Notes: a model not told the origin generated them from the sequence alone. DNA of 64,000 nt from Bacteroidota bacterium (GCA_046302815.1 JBKCHO010000145.1:1979-65978), one strand, 5' to 3'. Numbered from the stretch's first letter, positions 19,143 through 29,537 are shown. Numbers and translations are program-made.

Positions 19143-20768
19143 ATGAGAATAGCGCTTGCGCAGATCAATTGCCATATAGGCAACCTCAGCCTGAACGCCG
19201 ATCTCATTGAAAAAAACCTTTCAAGAGCCAAGGAGAGTCGAGCCGATTTAGTCATATTTCCCGAATTAGCCATTTGCGGCTATCCGCCGATGGATTTATT
19301 GGAGTCGGAAGAGTTCATCACAAATTGTGAAAAAGCCATTGCCGACATCGCTTCCAGGTGCACTGGTATCACAGCCATTATCGGAGGACCATCAAGAAAT
19401 CCCTCCTTGAAGGGTAAAAACCTATTTAATTCCGCTTTTGTTATTGCCGATGGAAAAATTACGGATGTCGTACATAAGACACTGTTACCAACCTACGATG
19501 TTTTCGACGAATACAGATATTTCGAACCCAATCGGGAATTCAAAACAATCAAGATCAATCAAACCAAAATTGCATTAACCATTTGCGAGGATATTTGGAA
19601 TGAAGAGGATGACCCCATGTATGTTTTCTCGCCTTTGGAGAAGTTGAAGGATCAAGGATTCACCATGATCATCAATATTGCCGCCTCTCCATTTGATTAC
19701 AATCATAGGGAAAAAAGAATTTCGATTCTTTCAAGGAACGCCATCAAGTACAATACTCCGTTGGTTTATGTGAACCACACAGGGGCTCAAAACGATTTAA
19801 TTTTTGATGGAGGATCCATGGTGATGGAGTACAGTGGCGCGGTACTTAAAGAATTGCCATACTTTGAATCCGACCTGTCGTTTTTCGATTTAAATTTGCT
19901 AACATCATTTCCAGCAACCAAACCAAAAGAAAAATACGAACGAATTCGAAAGGCTTTGGTCTGTGGAATCCGCGACTATTTCCAAAAATGCGGCTTTAAA
20001 AATGCCACACTTGGCTTGTCTGGAGGAATAGATTCGGCTCTTGTGGCCGCACTTGCAACTGAAGCACTCGGACCCGAACATGTACACCCCGTGCTTATGC
20101 CATCCGCCTTTTCATCTGAACACTCCGTTAGCGATGCCATGGAGCTAGCTTCCAACCTTGGGTTGAATGCCACTACGATTCCAATAAATAAGATTTTCGA
20201 CACCTTCATTGAAGAAACAAAAGCTTCTTTTAGAGATAAGCCATTTGATCTTACCGAGGAAAATATTCAGTCGCGGATAAGAGGAACCATCCTGATGGCA
20301 CTAGCTAATAAGCATGGTTATGTACTGCTGAATACATCCAACAAAAGTGAACTTGCGGTTGGCTACGGTACATTATACGGAGACATGGCCGGAGGCATTT
20401 CCGTAATTGGCGATTTGTACAAGACTGAAGTTTATGAACTTTGCAACCACCTCAATTTGAAAAAACAAATCATTCCAAAGAACATAATAACGAAAGCACC
20501 ATCGGCAGAACTTCGGCCCGGACAAAAAGACTCAGACTCCCTACCAGATTATGAAATACTGGATCGGTTGCTTTTCATGATTTTAGAACAAAAGCAGGGC
20601 CGTGAAGGATTATTGAAATACGGATTCGATAAATCGTTAGTGGAAAAAGTGATCCAACTGGTGAACAGAAGCGAGTTTAAAAGATTTCAATTTGCACCCA
20701 TACTCCGGGTATCTACAAAAGCATTCGGATCAGGGAGACGAATGCCATTGGTTGCAAAGTACACATAA
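19143..20768 (+). CDS. nadE: Glutamine-dependent NAD+ synthetase
   Basis: Nitrilase domain (FPEL, HKTLLP, ICEDIW) fused to a synthetase domain (GLSGGIDS, NKSELAVGYGTLYGD, PSAELRPGQKD). Confidence 0.97.
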   Translation: MRIALAQINCHIGNLSLNADLIEKNLSRAKESRADLVIFPELAICGYPPMDLLESEEFITNCEKAIADIASRCTGITAIIGGPSRNPSLKGKNLFNSAFVIADGKITDVVHKTLLPTYDVFDEYRYFEPNREFKTIKINQTKIALTICEDIWNEEDDPMYVFSPLEKLKDQGFTMIINIAASPFDYNHREKRISILSRNAIKYNTPLVYVNHTGAQNDLIFDGGSMVMEYSGAVLKELPYFESDLSFFDLNLLTSFPATKPKEKYERIRKALVCGIRDYFQKCGFKNATLGLSGGIDSALVAALATEALGPEHVHPVLMPSAFSSEHSVSDAMELASNLGLNATTIPINKIFDTFIEETKASFRDKPFDLTEENIQSRIRGTILMALANKHGYVLLNTSNKSELAVGYGTLYGDMAGGISVIGDLYKTEVYELCNHLNLKKQIIPKNIITKAPSAELRPGQKDSDSLPDYEILDRLLFMILEQKQGREGLLKYGFDKSLVEKVIQLVNRSEFKRFQFAPILRVSTKAFGSGRRMPLVAKYT

Positions 20769-20799
20769 AAAAAGCCCCGCAAATTTGCGGGGCTTTTTT
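20768..20799. terminator. Bidirectional intrinsic terminator between convergent nadE and korB
   Basis: Perfect 32-bp palindrome AAAAAAGCCCCGCAAATTTGCGGGGCTTTTTT with a T-tract on each strand. Confidence 0.93.
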
Positions 20800-20815
20800 A
20801 TACTTCCATTGAAGC

Positions 20816-21856
20816 TTACTGGATTTCCCAAACATCCCTTCCACGAAGCAACTTATCCAAGTCACCGGAACCTTTGGAGGAAACAACATTATCAATTTGT
20901 GTCTTCATGCCATCCTCGTAGCAGGGGCGATCTTCTACATAAAACACACCGAAAGGTCGCGGGAAATGATCTCCTCCCTTGCGGGGATTATCGAAGAAAC
21001 GACTCAGCATGGCCGCCTTGACACGATCCGTTTCATCGTGTATCCACAGGTCATCAGCAGAATGATTTGCCATATCCACCACGACCGGTTTGAAACCATC
21101 TAGCTTAATTCCCTTCTCGCCATTTTGACCAAATACCAATGGTTTTCCGTGCTCAACAAACAAAGTCTCGATCTTTTTGGTCTCTTTGTCAGTGAAAATT
21201 TCAAACGCTCCATCATTGAATACATTACAGTTTTGGTAAATCTCAACGAATGAAGTCCCTTTATGTTTGTGAGAGCGACGAAGTATCTCCTTGAGATGTA
21301 CTGGGTCGCGATCCATGGAACGCGATACGAATGTGGCATCAGCACCCAGAGCCAATGCAGCAGGATTGAAAGGATGGTCGACTGATCCGAAAGGAGTAGA
21401 CTTTGTAACCTTTCCCTCTTCCGATGTAGGAGAGTACTGACCTTTTGTCAAACCATAAATTTCATTGTTGAAGACAAGCAGGTTCACATCGAAATTTCGG
21501 CGAAGCAGATGAATGAAATGGTTTCCTCCTATAGACATAGAATCTCCATCACCAGAAACGATCCATACACTGAGATCGGGTCGAGCGGCTTTCAATCCAC
21601 TGGCAATTGCTGTTGCCCTACCATGGATAGAGTGCATACCGAAAGTCTCCATGTAATAAGGAAATCGCGAAGAGCAACCGATTCCAGATACGAAAACGAT
21701 GTTTTCGCGAGGAATACCCAAATCGGGGATAACGGTTTGAACTTGTTTCAATATGGAATAATCTCCACATCCAGGACACCACCTTACATCCTGGTCGGTT
21801 ACAAGATCCTTGGCGGTGAAGGCAGAAGATGAGGGATTCGTTGCTACTGTAGACAT
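20816..21856 (-). CDS. korB: 2-oxoacid:ferredoxin oxidoreductase beta subunit
   Basis: WCPGCG, SGIGCSSR, IHGRA, GDGD...NNEIYGLTKGQYSPT (TPP binding). Substrate not determinable from sequence. Confidence 0.93.
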   Translation of the reverse strand: MSTVATNPSSSAFTAKDLVTDQDVRWCPGCGDYSILKQVQTVIPDLGIPRENIVFVSGIGCSSRFPYYMETFGMHSIHGRATAIASGLKAARPDLSVWIVSGDGDSMSIGGNHFIHLLRRNFDVNLLVFNNEIYGLTKGQYSPTSEEGKVTKSTPFGSVDHPFNPAALALGADATFVSRSMDRDPVHLKEILRRSHKHKGTSFVEIYQNCNVFNDGAFEIFTDKETKKIETLFVEHGKPLVFGQNGEKGIKLDGFKPVVVDMANHSADDLWIHDETDRVKAAMLSRFFDNPRKGGDHFPRPFGVFYVEDRPCYEDGMKTQIDNVVSSKGSGDLDKLLRGRDVWEIQ

Positions 21857-21891
21857 GACTTTGTCGTTATGAGTTGAACTGTTTTACGATG

Positions 21892-23742
21892 TTATTTTTC
21901 TGAAAGTACGATTTCGATTTTCTCCAAAATTTCACCTGCTGTGAAAGGCATACCCTGGATCTTATTATAGGGGATTGCAGGAATCATGAACTTATCGCGG
22001 ATGATTTTAACAAGTTGGCCGTTATTCATCTCAGGAACCAGCACCTTGTCGTAACTGTACAAGATCTCACCCAGGTTCTTGGGGAATGGCTTCATATGGC
22101 GCAAATGAGCATGTGCCACTTCGTAACCTTTGGCGTGAGCATCAATCAATGCAGTCTTGATGGAACCGTATGTTGATCCCCAGCCGAGAACAAGCAACTT
22201 GCCTTTGGAAGGACCCGAGTCTATGGTTTGGTTAGGAATGTAATCAGCAATCTTCTCTACTTTGGCCTCACGCATGTGTACCATGAATTCATGGTTTTCG
22301 GGGTCATAGGAGATATTGCCTGTTTCATGCTGTTTCTCAATACCACCAATGCGATGCTCGAGCCCGGCTGTGCCTGGAATAGCCCAAGGACGGGAAAGTT
22401 TTTCATCGCGCTTGTAAGGCAGATACTTTTCACCGCCGTTTTTCTCTTTGGCAAATTCAACTTTAATGGGTTTCAAGTCTGCAGATTTTGGGAATCTCCA
22501 TGGCTCAGCACCATTGGCTACATAGCCATCAGACAAGAACATTACTGGGGTCATGAATTCGACTGCTATGCGGCATGCTTCATAAACCGCATCGAAACAA
22601 TCGGCTGGTGAACAAGCAGAGATTACAGGTATTGGAGCTTCGCCATTTCTTCCGTACATGGCTTGCATCAAATCAGACTGTTCTGTTTTGGTAGGAAGTC
22701 CTGTGGATGGCCCTCCACGCTGCACATTCACAATAACCAATGGAATTTCCAACATAACCGAAAGACCGATAGCTTCCCCTTTAAGGGCAATGCCCGGACC
22801 CGAAGATGTGGTGACACCCAAAGATCCACCGAACGCCGCACCGATTGTGGAGCATATTGCTGCAATTTCATCCTCGGCTTGAAAAGTCTTCACACCAAAA
22901 GTCTTGTATTTGGCTAACTCGTGAAGAATATCAGAGGCTGGTGTGATAGGGTAAGAACCCAAAAACAATTCCAAGCCTGATTTTTGAGAGGCGGCAATCA
23001 AGCCCATAGCAGTAGCTTGGTTACCCATGATATTGCGATACACGCCAGATTTCATCTTGGCAGGATTCACCACGAACCTTGGAGTAAGTGTTTCAGTTGT
23101 ATCACCATAGTGATAACCCGCTTTCAAAATCTTGATGTTGGCATTAAGGATATCAGGTTTCTTAGAAAATTTCTCTTCGAGGAACTTAATACTGTTGTCG
23201 AGGGTGCGGTTATACATCCAATACAGAAAACCCAACACAAACATGTTCTTTGAACGATCTATCTCCTTGGTTCCAAGTCCAGAGTCATTCAATGCGGAAC
23301 GGGTCATTTTTGTAACATCGATGCGAATGACCTTGTATGGCTCCAGAGAACCATTCTCCAAAGGATTGTCTTGTTCGGCGATGTTGGCAAGCCGAAGGTT
23401 TTTAGCATCAAACCCTTCGGTGTTTGCAATAACAATTCCACCCTTCTTCAACTGTTTTATATTGGCTTTAAGGGCGGCAGCGTTCATAACAACCAAAACA
23501 TCGCAGCGATCACCGGGAGAATAAATGCTGGTGCTACCAAAGTGAAGCTGGTATCCAGATACTCCCGCCAAGGTGCCCTGAGGCGCCCTTATCTCGGCTG
23601 GAAAATCGGGGAATGTACTGATATCGTTACCAAATAACGCAGCGGTATTGGTGAATTGGGTTCCGGTTAACTGCATTCCGTCACCGGAGTCTCCGGCGAA
23701 CTTGATAATGACCCTTTCCAGGGTATCTGATTGATGCGACAT
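21892..23742 (-). CDS. korA: 2-oxoacid:acceptor oxidoreductase alpha subunit (gamma-alpha fusion)
   Basis: [41 protein letters not shown]. Confidence 0.93.
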   Translation of the reverse strand: MSHQSDTLERVIIKFAGDSGDGMQLTGTQFTNTAALFGNDISTFPDFPAEIRAPQGTLAGVSGYQLHFGSTSIYSPGDRCDVLVVMNAAALKANIKQLKKGGIVIANTEGFDAKNLRLANIAEQDNPLENGSLEPYKVIRIDVTKMTRSALNDSGLGTKEIDRSKNMFVLGFLYWMYNRTLDNSIKFLEEKFSKKPDILNANIKILKAGYHYGDTTETLTPRFVVNPAKMKSGVYRNIMGNQATAMGLIAASQKSGLELFLGSYPITPASDILHELAKYKTFGVKTFQAEDEIAAICSTIGAAFGGSLGVTTSSGPGIALKGEAIGLSVMLEIPLVIVNVQRGGPSTGLPTKTEQSDLMQAMYGRNGEAPIPVISACSPADCFDAVYEACRIAVEFMTPVMFLSDGYVANGAEPWRFPKSADLKPIKVEFAKEKNGGEKYLPYKRDEKLSRPWAIPGTAGLEHRIGGIEKQHETGNISYDPENHEFMVHMREAKVEKIADYIPNQTIDSGPSKGKLLVLGWGSTYGSIKTALIDAHAKGYEVAHAHLRHMKPFPKNLGEILYSYDKVLVPEMNNGQLVKIIRDKFMIPAIPYNKIQGMPFTAGEILEKIEIVLSEK

Positions 23743-23897
23743 GACTTAATAAATGGTGGTTGAAATGCTACTTTATTTGCGGATGCAAAGTTACGGCAAA
23801 AATCAGAGGCTTCAGAACCCAAAAACCAATATTCTGGAATCTTTACCCCCTACAAAAGATGCGCACTTATCTATTTGGTATTCTGATTGTTATACAA

Positions 23898-24569
23898 CTA
23901 ATCCTGGGGTAAAGAAAAAACCAAATAGCATATTTTCAAACCCTCTGCCAAAAATCGTTTCTCATAGGTGGTTTTAATATTCAAAACGGGATTGGTTTCT
24001 AAAGTGCCATAAAGATCATTCGTAGACACCTGAATCGAAGCCTTTGCTGCCGCTGCACATTCGAGCGAATAATCGAACAACGGTGCCGAGTCTGTCTTCA
24101 AGTGAATTAGACCGCCTGGCTTTAATAATGTTCTGTACATTTCTAAAAACCTAGGACCTGTCATCCTACTTTTCTCCCTTGTTTTCTGTGGTTGAGGGTC
24201 GGGGAATGTTATCCAAATCTCACTTACTTCACCACGAGAAAATACAGAGGACAGATGCTGGATTTGCATCCGAAGGAAGGCTGCATTGCCAACATGTTCT
24301 TCATTAATGGTTTTTGCTCCTCTCCAAATTCGTGCACCTTTTCGGTCCACTCCGATGAAATTTTTTTCAGGAAACATCCTCGATAAACCAACGGTATATT
24401 CCCCTTTTCCGCAACCCAACTCCAATACGATGGGGTTCGCATTTCCAAATACCTCGCTGTTCCATTTGCCCTTGATTGGATAATCTCGATCCGCATAGGC
24501 GGAACCAGGTTGATATACCCTTTGCATTCCTTCCAGTTCGGCAAATCGTTGGAGTTTGTTTTTAGCCAT
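23898..24569 (-). CDS. trmB: tRNA (guanine-N7)-methyltransferase
   Basis: MAKNKLQRF start (ATG 24569), LELGCGKGEY, TFPDPQ, HLKTD, TTYEK. Confidence 0.96.
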   Translation of the reverse strand: MAKNKLQRFAELEGMQRVYQPGSAYADRDYPIKGKWNSEVFGNANPIVLELGCGKGEYTVGLSRMFPEKNFIGVDRKGARIWRGAKTINEEHVGNAAFLRMQIQHLSSVFSRGEVSEIWITFPDPQPQKTREKSRMTGPRFLEMYRTLLKPGGLIHLKTDSAPLFDYSLECAAAAKASIQVSTNDLYGTLETNPVLNIKTTYEKRFLAEGLKICYLVFSLPQD

Positions 24570-24635
24570 TTCTTTAAAACTGTTGGACAAAATTACGCAT
24601 TCGGTCAGGTGTCTACATAAAACTACCTTTGCAAA

Positions 24636-25715
24636 ATGGCCAAGGCTTTGCAGACGGTACTGGTAGCCCCTTTGGATTGGGGGTTGGGACATGCAACAAG
24701 GTGCATTCCGGTTGTGGAGAAATTGATTGAAAAAGAGTGCACAGTTGTGTTGGGTGGGTCAGGCATAGGACTCAATTTGCTTCGGAGTAGATTCCCACAA
24801 TTGGACTTTATGGAGCTGCCTTCATATAACATCACTTATCCCGAAACAGGTAGTATGCATTTCCATTTAATCAAAAAACTACCCTCCCTACTAAAAACCA
24901 TAGATCGGGAAAAAAGAACTCTTGAAAAAGCGATTGATACCTTAGGGATAACACATGTGATTTCGGATAACAGATATGGATTGCATTCGAACAAGGCTCG
25001 TTGTGTATTGATGACACACCAAGTACACATTGCATCAGGCTTGAGCATCGGCCTAGCAGATCAACTGCTTTTCTTGCTGCATAAAATCTTTTTGCAAAAG
25101 TTCGATGTGATCTGGATTGTCGACTTCGGTGACAATGAAGGGCTGGCCGGAAAACTATCCTCCTCAAAAGGGTTGAAAATACCTTTTCTGTATACCGGAA
25201 CATTGTCTAGATTCAAAATGCCCGAATTAAAATTTCGAAATGACACTGGTTTGAAATATGAGCACATCGCCTTGTTGTCAGGGCCGGAGCCACAAAGATC
25301 TTTATTTGAGAAAAAGTGCTTCGATTTCTTCCGTGCCTTAGACGGACCTTGTTTGATTGTTACCGGCAAAGGAAATTCGGTTAGAGAAAAAGTGGGAAGC
25401 ATTGATGTTTGGAGCTCGATTCAAGATGACGAGTTGGTATCCATATTGAAAAGTGGAGCCTGTTTATATGGACGACCTGGATATTCTACACTTATGGATT
25501 TAGCCCGACTGGAACACGAAAAAGCTATTTTCATACCCACTCCAGGCCAAACCGAACAGGAGTATTTGGGCAAAAGGATAAGTGAAAATCATGGGTACAC
25601 CATTATAAAGCAGAAGGATTTCCCTAATAGTGGCATGATTTGTTCAGGCAGTAAACTGCCTGAAATGCAAAATGGGCTGCTTGAAAGATGTATCCAAGGC
25701 TTATTGAGCGCATAA
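24636..25715 (+). CDS. GT-B glycosyltransferase (GT28/GT1-like), substrate unknown
   Basis: LDWGLGHATR, ISDNRYG, LLSGPEPQR, GYSTLMDL, IPTPGQTEQEYL. Confidence 0.85.
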   Translation: MAKALQTVLVAPLDWGLGHATRCIPVVEKLIEKECTVVLGGSGIGLNLLRSRFPQLDFMELPSYNITYPETGSMHFHLIKKLPSLLKTIDREKRTLEKAIDTLGITHVISDNRYGLHSNKARCVLMTHQVHIASGLSIGLADQLLFLLHKIFLQKFDVIWIVDFGDNEGLAGKLSSSKGLKIPFLYTGTLSRFKMPELKFRNDTGLKYEHIALLSGPEPQRSLFEKKCFDFFRALDGPCLIVTGKGNSVREKVGSIDVWSSIQDDELVSILKSGACLYGRPGYSTLMDLARLEHEKAIFIPTPGQTEQEYLGKRISENHGYTIIKQKDFPNSGMICSGSKLPEMQNGLLERCIQGLLSA

Positions 25716-25764
25716 GTCAACTTTATGAACATTTTCTTCATTCGGCTTGTTTGTAGTATATTCG

Positions 25765-25940
25765 CATTGAAAACGGTTGGATAAGGGTAGCGCCTTATTC
25801 ATTAAAAGGGAATCCGGTGTAAGTCCGGAACAGTCCCCGCTGCTGTGAGCCCGGAGTATGTTTCTCCCTCACCACGCCACTGTCGGTTTTTAGACGGGAA
25901 GGCAAGGGAGAACGGGCAAGTCAGAAGACCTGCCGATTTC
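25765..25940 (+). ncRNA. Cobalamin (B12) riboswitch aptamer
   Basis: Consensus blocks in order: GGT...AAAAGGGAATCCGGTGTAAGTCCGGAACAGTCCCCGCTGCTGTGA...GCCACTG...GGGAAGG...AAGTCAGAAGACCTGCC; upstream of a TonB-dependent receptor. Confidence 0.96.
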
Positions 25941-26042
25941 GAATTGTTGCCGTCTTTCGGAGGAAAGGATAGGACGAAGCAAAAACGGAATCATCATTCC
26001 GTTCGTCCTCTTTTTCCGAAAGCACAAAGCTTACAACAGAGG

Positions 26043-27959
26043 ATGGTTCGAATAACATACTTCGTTTTCTTTTTCTTACTTCACATTGGAGCATATGGCC
26101 AATTGGGAGATACACTACGATTACCTGCCGTAGAAATCGCCGCGGACCGCCCTTTTCTCTATTCAGTCGGCAACTCCGTGAGCACTATTGATTCAGTTAT
26201 CATCGCCACCTCAACTGGAAACAATCTAGGAGAATTGTTGGCGCAACACTCATCTCTTTTCATAAAAACTTACGGGCCCGGTGGCTCATCCACACTTTCA
26301 TCAAGAGGCACTGAAGCTCGACATACCTCAGTATTCTGGAACGGACTCAGCATCTCATCTCCTACACTTGGCTTGTCGGATTTGTCACTGATGCCAGTCT
26401 CCTTCTGCGATAAAATCGTTTTGGTACGAGGAGGATCCAGTGCAATCAACGGCTCTTCATCTATTGGTGGAAGCGTGCATCTTTTATCACAATCGCCAGA
26501 TTTTACTTCAAAACAGCTCTACCAAGCATCCATTGAAACAGGAAGCTTCGGAACATTAAATGGATCTGCTACAGCTATTGTCGGCAACGGACTCGTGGAA
26601 AGTAGAACTCAATTGTTCTATGGAGCATCTAAAAACAATTTCAAATACATTAACAGGGCACAACGGGATCGTCCTACACAGGAATTGAAAAACAGCGCCA
26701 CCTCCGGGTTCGGTCTGATGCAAGACATACGATTCCGAACTGGCGATGGACAATATGCTGGCATCAGCGCTTGGTATCAAACCGCGATTCGCGAGATCCC
26801 TCCATTGATGACTGACCCTTCAAGTGAAGCCATCCAACGCGATAGTTCACTACGATTGGTTGGAAATTATAGAGTAAACAAAGAAAAGTGGGGGCTTCAT
26901 TTATCGGGAGGAATTTTTTTTGAAGATCAACGGTATGATGATCCGGAATTCAACATCCAAGGACACTATCCTGTTAAAACGGTTTTGGGTGAAGCGGAGT
27001 GGCGAAAAATCCTCAATGAGAAATTGAATATAAGTATAGGAGGATCCATGTCAAGCTCATCAGCTACATTCAAAGAATATGGGTCATCATCCATGCGAAG
27101 AGATTTGCTATCTGCTTTTGCCGGAGCGAAATACCAGCCTATTACAAGACTAAGAATTCAATTAAACATTCGACAGGAATTTCTTTACGGCGATAAGCCC
27201 ATCCTCACTCCCCAAATGGGCATGGAATTGGATCTATTGAAAAGTTATCTGACATTACATGCCTCCGTTGGTCGAAATTATCACATCCCTTCGATGAATG
27301 ATTTGTATTGGATACCTGGAGGAAATCCGGATTTGGAACCAGAGGACGCCATAAACATGGAACTAGGAATGGTAATAAGGCATCCTGCCATGGATCATTC
27401 TTCACTTGCTTTGAACACATTCACCACCACAACCGATAACTGGATTCGTTGGCAGCCTACCAGCAATGGAATTTATATGCCTGATAACCTTCGCAAAGTG
27501 GAAACCAAGGGTGGTGAAGCTATTCTAAATCATCGATTTGAACTTGGAAAATTTGATTTCAGAATCAGTGCTGAATATTCATATGTGATGTCCACCATGG
27601 TTGAGGCATATCATAAACACGAGGCACCACTCATTGGAAAACAATTGATGCATATCCCCAACCACAAAGCAGCTGCGGGAATATCCATAAAAAAAGGAAA
27701 AAGCACCGTTGTCATCAACCATGCCTATACGGGTTCACGATTCATTGATTCCGACAATAACGCTTGGCTCGATGGCTTCCTTTTAGCCGATGCTCGTTTT
27801 GAACATTGGTTTCATATCAACCGTTCTGCATTGGGTTTAAACATTGGCGTATTCAACTTTTGGGACTCCAAATATGAAATCATGCCATTCAGGCCAACAC
27901 CTGGCAGGTGGATTACCGCCGGAGCCAAATTTAAATTCCACAAGTATCCAACATTGTAA
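26043..27959 (+). CDS. btuB: TonB-dependent corrinoid receptor, BtuB-like
   Basis: Signal peptide from ATG 26043 (the ORF-track start lies inside the riboswitch); plug motifs KTYGPGG..SSRG, WNG, GGSVHL; PGGNPDLEPE; under the B12 riboswitch. Confidence 0.9.
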   Translation: MVRITYFVFFFLLHIGAYGQLGDTLRLPAVEIAADRPFLYSVGNSVSTIDSVIIATSTGNNLGELLAQHSSLFIKTYGPGGSSTLSSRGTEARHTSVFWNGLSISSPTLGLSDLSLMPVSFCDKIVLVRGGSSAINGSSSIGGSVHLLSQSPDFTSKQLYQASIETGSFGTLNGSATAIVGNGLVESRTQLFYGASKNNFKYINRAQRDRPTQELKNSATSGFGLMQDIRFRTGDGQYAGISAWYQTAIREIPPLMTDPSSEAIQRDSSLRLVGNYRVNKEKWGLHLSGGIFFEDQRYDDPEFNIQGHYPVKTVLGEAEWRKILNEKLNISIGGSMSSSSATFKEYGSSSMRRDLLSAFAGAKYQPITRLRIQLNIRQEFLYGDKPILTPQMGMELDLLKSYLTLHASVGRNYHIPSMNDLYWIPGGNPDLEPEDAINMELGMVIRHPAMDHSSLALNTFTTTTDNWIRWQPTSNGIYMPDNLRKVETKGGEAILNHRFELGKFDFRISAEYSYVMSTMVEAYHKHEAPLIGKQLMHIPNHKAAAGISIKKGKSTVVINHAYTGSRFIDSDNNAWLDGFLLADARFEHWFHINRSALGLNIGVFNFWDSKYEIMPFRPTPGRWITAGAKFKFHKYPTL

Positions 27960-27971
27960 AATCCCATCCCT

Positions 27972-29054
27972 ATGAGAAAAATATTTTATGCTATTCCTTT
28001 GATTACAATCATTTCATTGACTTCATGTGACAAAAAAGAGGATAGCTTGCCTCCTTCCGATGATATAATTCAGTCGGTGAACACAAAAGGAATCTATGTG
28101 GTTAATGAGGGTGCATTTGGACAGGGGAACGGGGAGCTGTCGTTCATCAATCCCAACGACAATCAAGTTACAAACAATCTCTTCTCCACGATCAACAATT
28201 TTGCAGCGGGCGATGTAGCACAATCTTTTTCAATACATCAAGATAAAGGATACCTGATTTTAAATGTATCTCAAAAAATTGAAGTGTTGAAAATTCCGGG
28301 GGCAAACAGTTTGGCAACCATTAGTGGTTTTTCAGGACCTAGATATATGGTTGCGAATGGAAATACCGGATATGTTTCTGATTGGACCAGCAATACCATT
28401 AAAGTTATCGACTTAAACCAAAATGCGATTATCACATCCATACCAGTTGGAAAAGGCCCTGAACAAATGCTAATCATCGGAAACAAACTTTTTGTAACCA
28501 ATTGTGGCGCATATGAAACAGATAGCACCATTAGCATAATTGATTTAGATACAAAAACTGTAATAAACACCATCACGGTCGGGGTCAATCCTAACAGTAT
28601 CAAAAAGGACGACCATGGTCGGATTTGGATCCTATGTGGTGGCACAACAGGACCAGATTACATAGGAGGAACGACTGACGATATCGGAGGATCCTTATGG
28701 CGGATTGATGCGACAACCTTAACCATTGAGCTTGTATTGCCGATGATGCAATTCGACCACCCCTTGAAACTTCAAACCAATTCCTCAGGCAGCAAACTCT
28801 ACTATTTAAATGGAATAGACGGATATTATGGTTCCATTTTTGTCATGGACGCAGACGATAATAGTCTGCCCTCAAACGCTTTTAATACAGGTAGTTTTTA
28901 TGGGATAGGGGTGAATCCAAGGACAAACGACATTTGGGGGGCGGTAACTCCGAGTTTTACACAATCCGGCTATGTGGTGAATTACGACTTGAACGGCGTC
29001 CGAAAAGATTCGATGGCTGTTGGCATAGGACCGAACGGCTTCGCGTTTGATTAG
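27972..29054 (+). CDS. btuG: Surface beta-propeller lipoprotein, BtuG/YncE-like corrinoid-binding
   Basis: Lipobox LTSC followed by charged DKKED; VVNEGAFG, GDVAQS, GPRY, VGxGP/NP blade repeats; follows btuB. Confidence 0.82.
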   Translation: MRKIFYAIPLITIISLTSCDKKEDSLPPSDDIIQSVNTKGIYVVNEGAFGQGNGELSFINPNDNQVTNNLFSTINNFAAGDVAQSFSIHQDKGYLILNVSQKIEVLKIPGANSLATISGFSGPRYMVANGNTGYVSDWTSNTIKVIDLNQNAIITSIPVGKGPEQMLIIGNKLFVTNCGAYETDSTISIIDLDTKTVINTITVGVNPNSIKKDDHGRIWILCGGTTGPDYIGGTTDDIGGSLWRIDATTLTIELVLPMMQFDHPLKLQTNSSGSKLYYLNGIDGYYGSIFVMDADDNSLPSNAFNTGSFYGIGVNPRTNDIWGAVTPSFTQSGYVVNYDLNGVRKDSMAVGIGPNGFAFD

Positions 29055-29057
29055 TCC

Positions 29058-29537
29058 TTATTGAATTCGTGTAATGATTGTTGATGTAGTAATCACATTA
29101 CTCTTGTTTCCGGCACGATCTTCCAAATACAGCTGATAAAAAATGGTGTCGTTGGGTCGAAGGATATTGTAATCCGTTACGATTTTTATGTCTCCTTTTA
29201 GCGACTTGTTATTTCCCCTGGGCTCTAAAAAGGGTATCCTGTAAGACAATGGAGCACCCAATGAAGCCTCTTCGAAAACGCCATTGTTTTTCTCAAACAA
29301 GGTTACAAAAACATCCCTCCTTAAGGCATCATCAGTGGGAGACCCAATATCTCCATCACCATCTGTAAATGAGAATGTGAGCAAAAGGGAATCAGCTCCA
29401 GATGATGCGGTAAACTTTTCCAATGTCTTGAAAGTTATTACCGGAGTAGCAGTGAATGTTTCATCATCAGTACATGATGTTGCGAACACAGAAAAAAGCA
29501 CCAGAAGCAAAATAAAAGACGCGGTATTTGATTTCAT
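29058..29537 (-). CDS. Uncharacterised lipoprotein with FTDGDGDIG motif
   Basis: Lipobox ATSC, acidic TDDE after the Cys, beta-rich body, DRAGNKSNVITT end. Confidence 0.75.
   Translation of the reverse strand: MKSNTASFILLLVLFSVFATSCTDDETFTATPVITFKTLEKFTASSGADSLLLTFSFTDGDGDIGSPTDDALRRDVFVTLFEKNNGVFEEASLGAPLSYRIPFLEPRGNNKSLKGDIKIVTDYNILRPNDTIFYQLYLEDRAGNKSNVITTSTIITRIQ

Noticed and set aside
25845-26042. Apparent 66-aa N-terminal extension of the TonB receptor
   Set aside because: It is translated riboswitch sequence; the signal peptide begins at ATG 26043.
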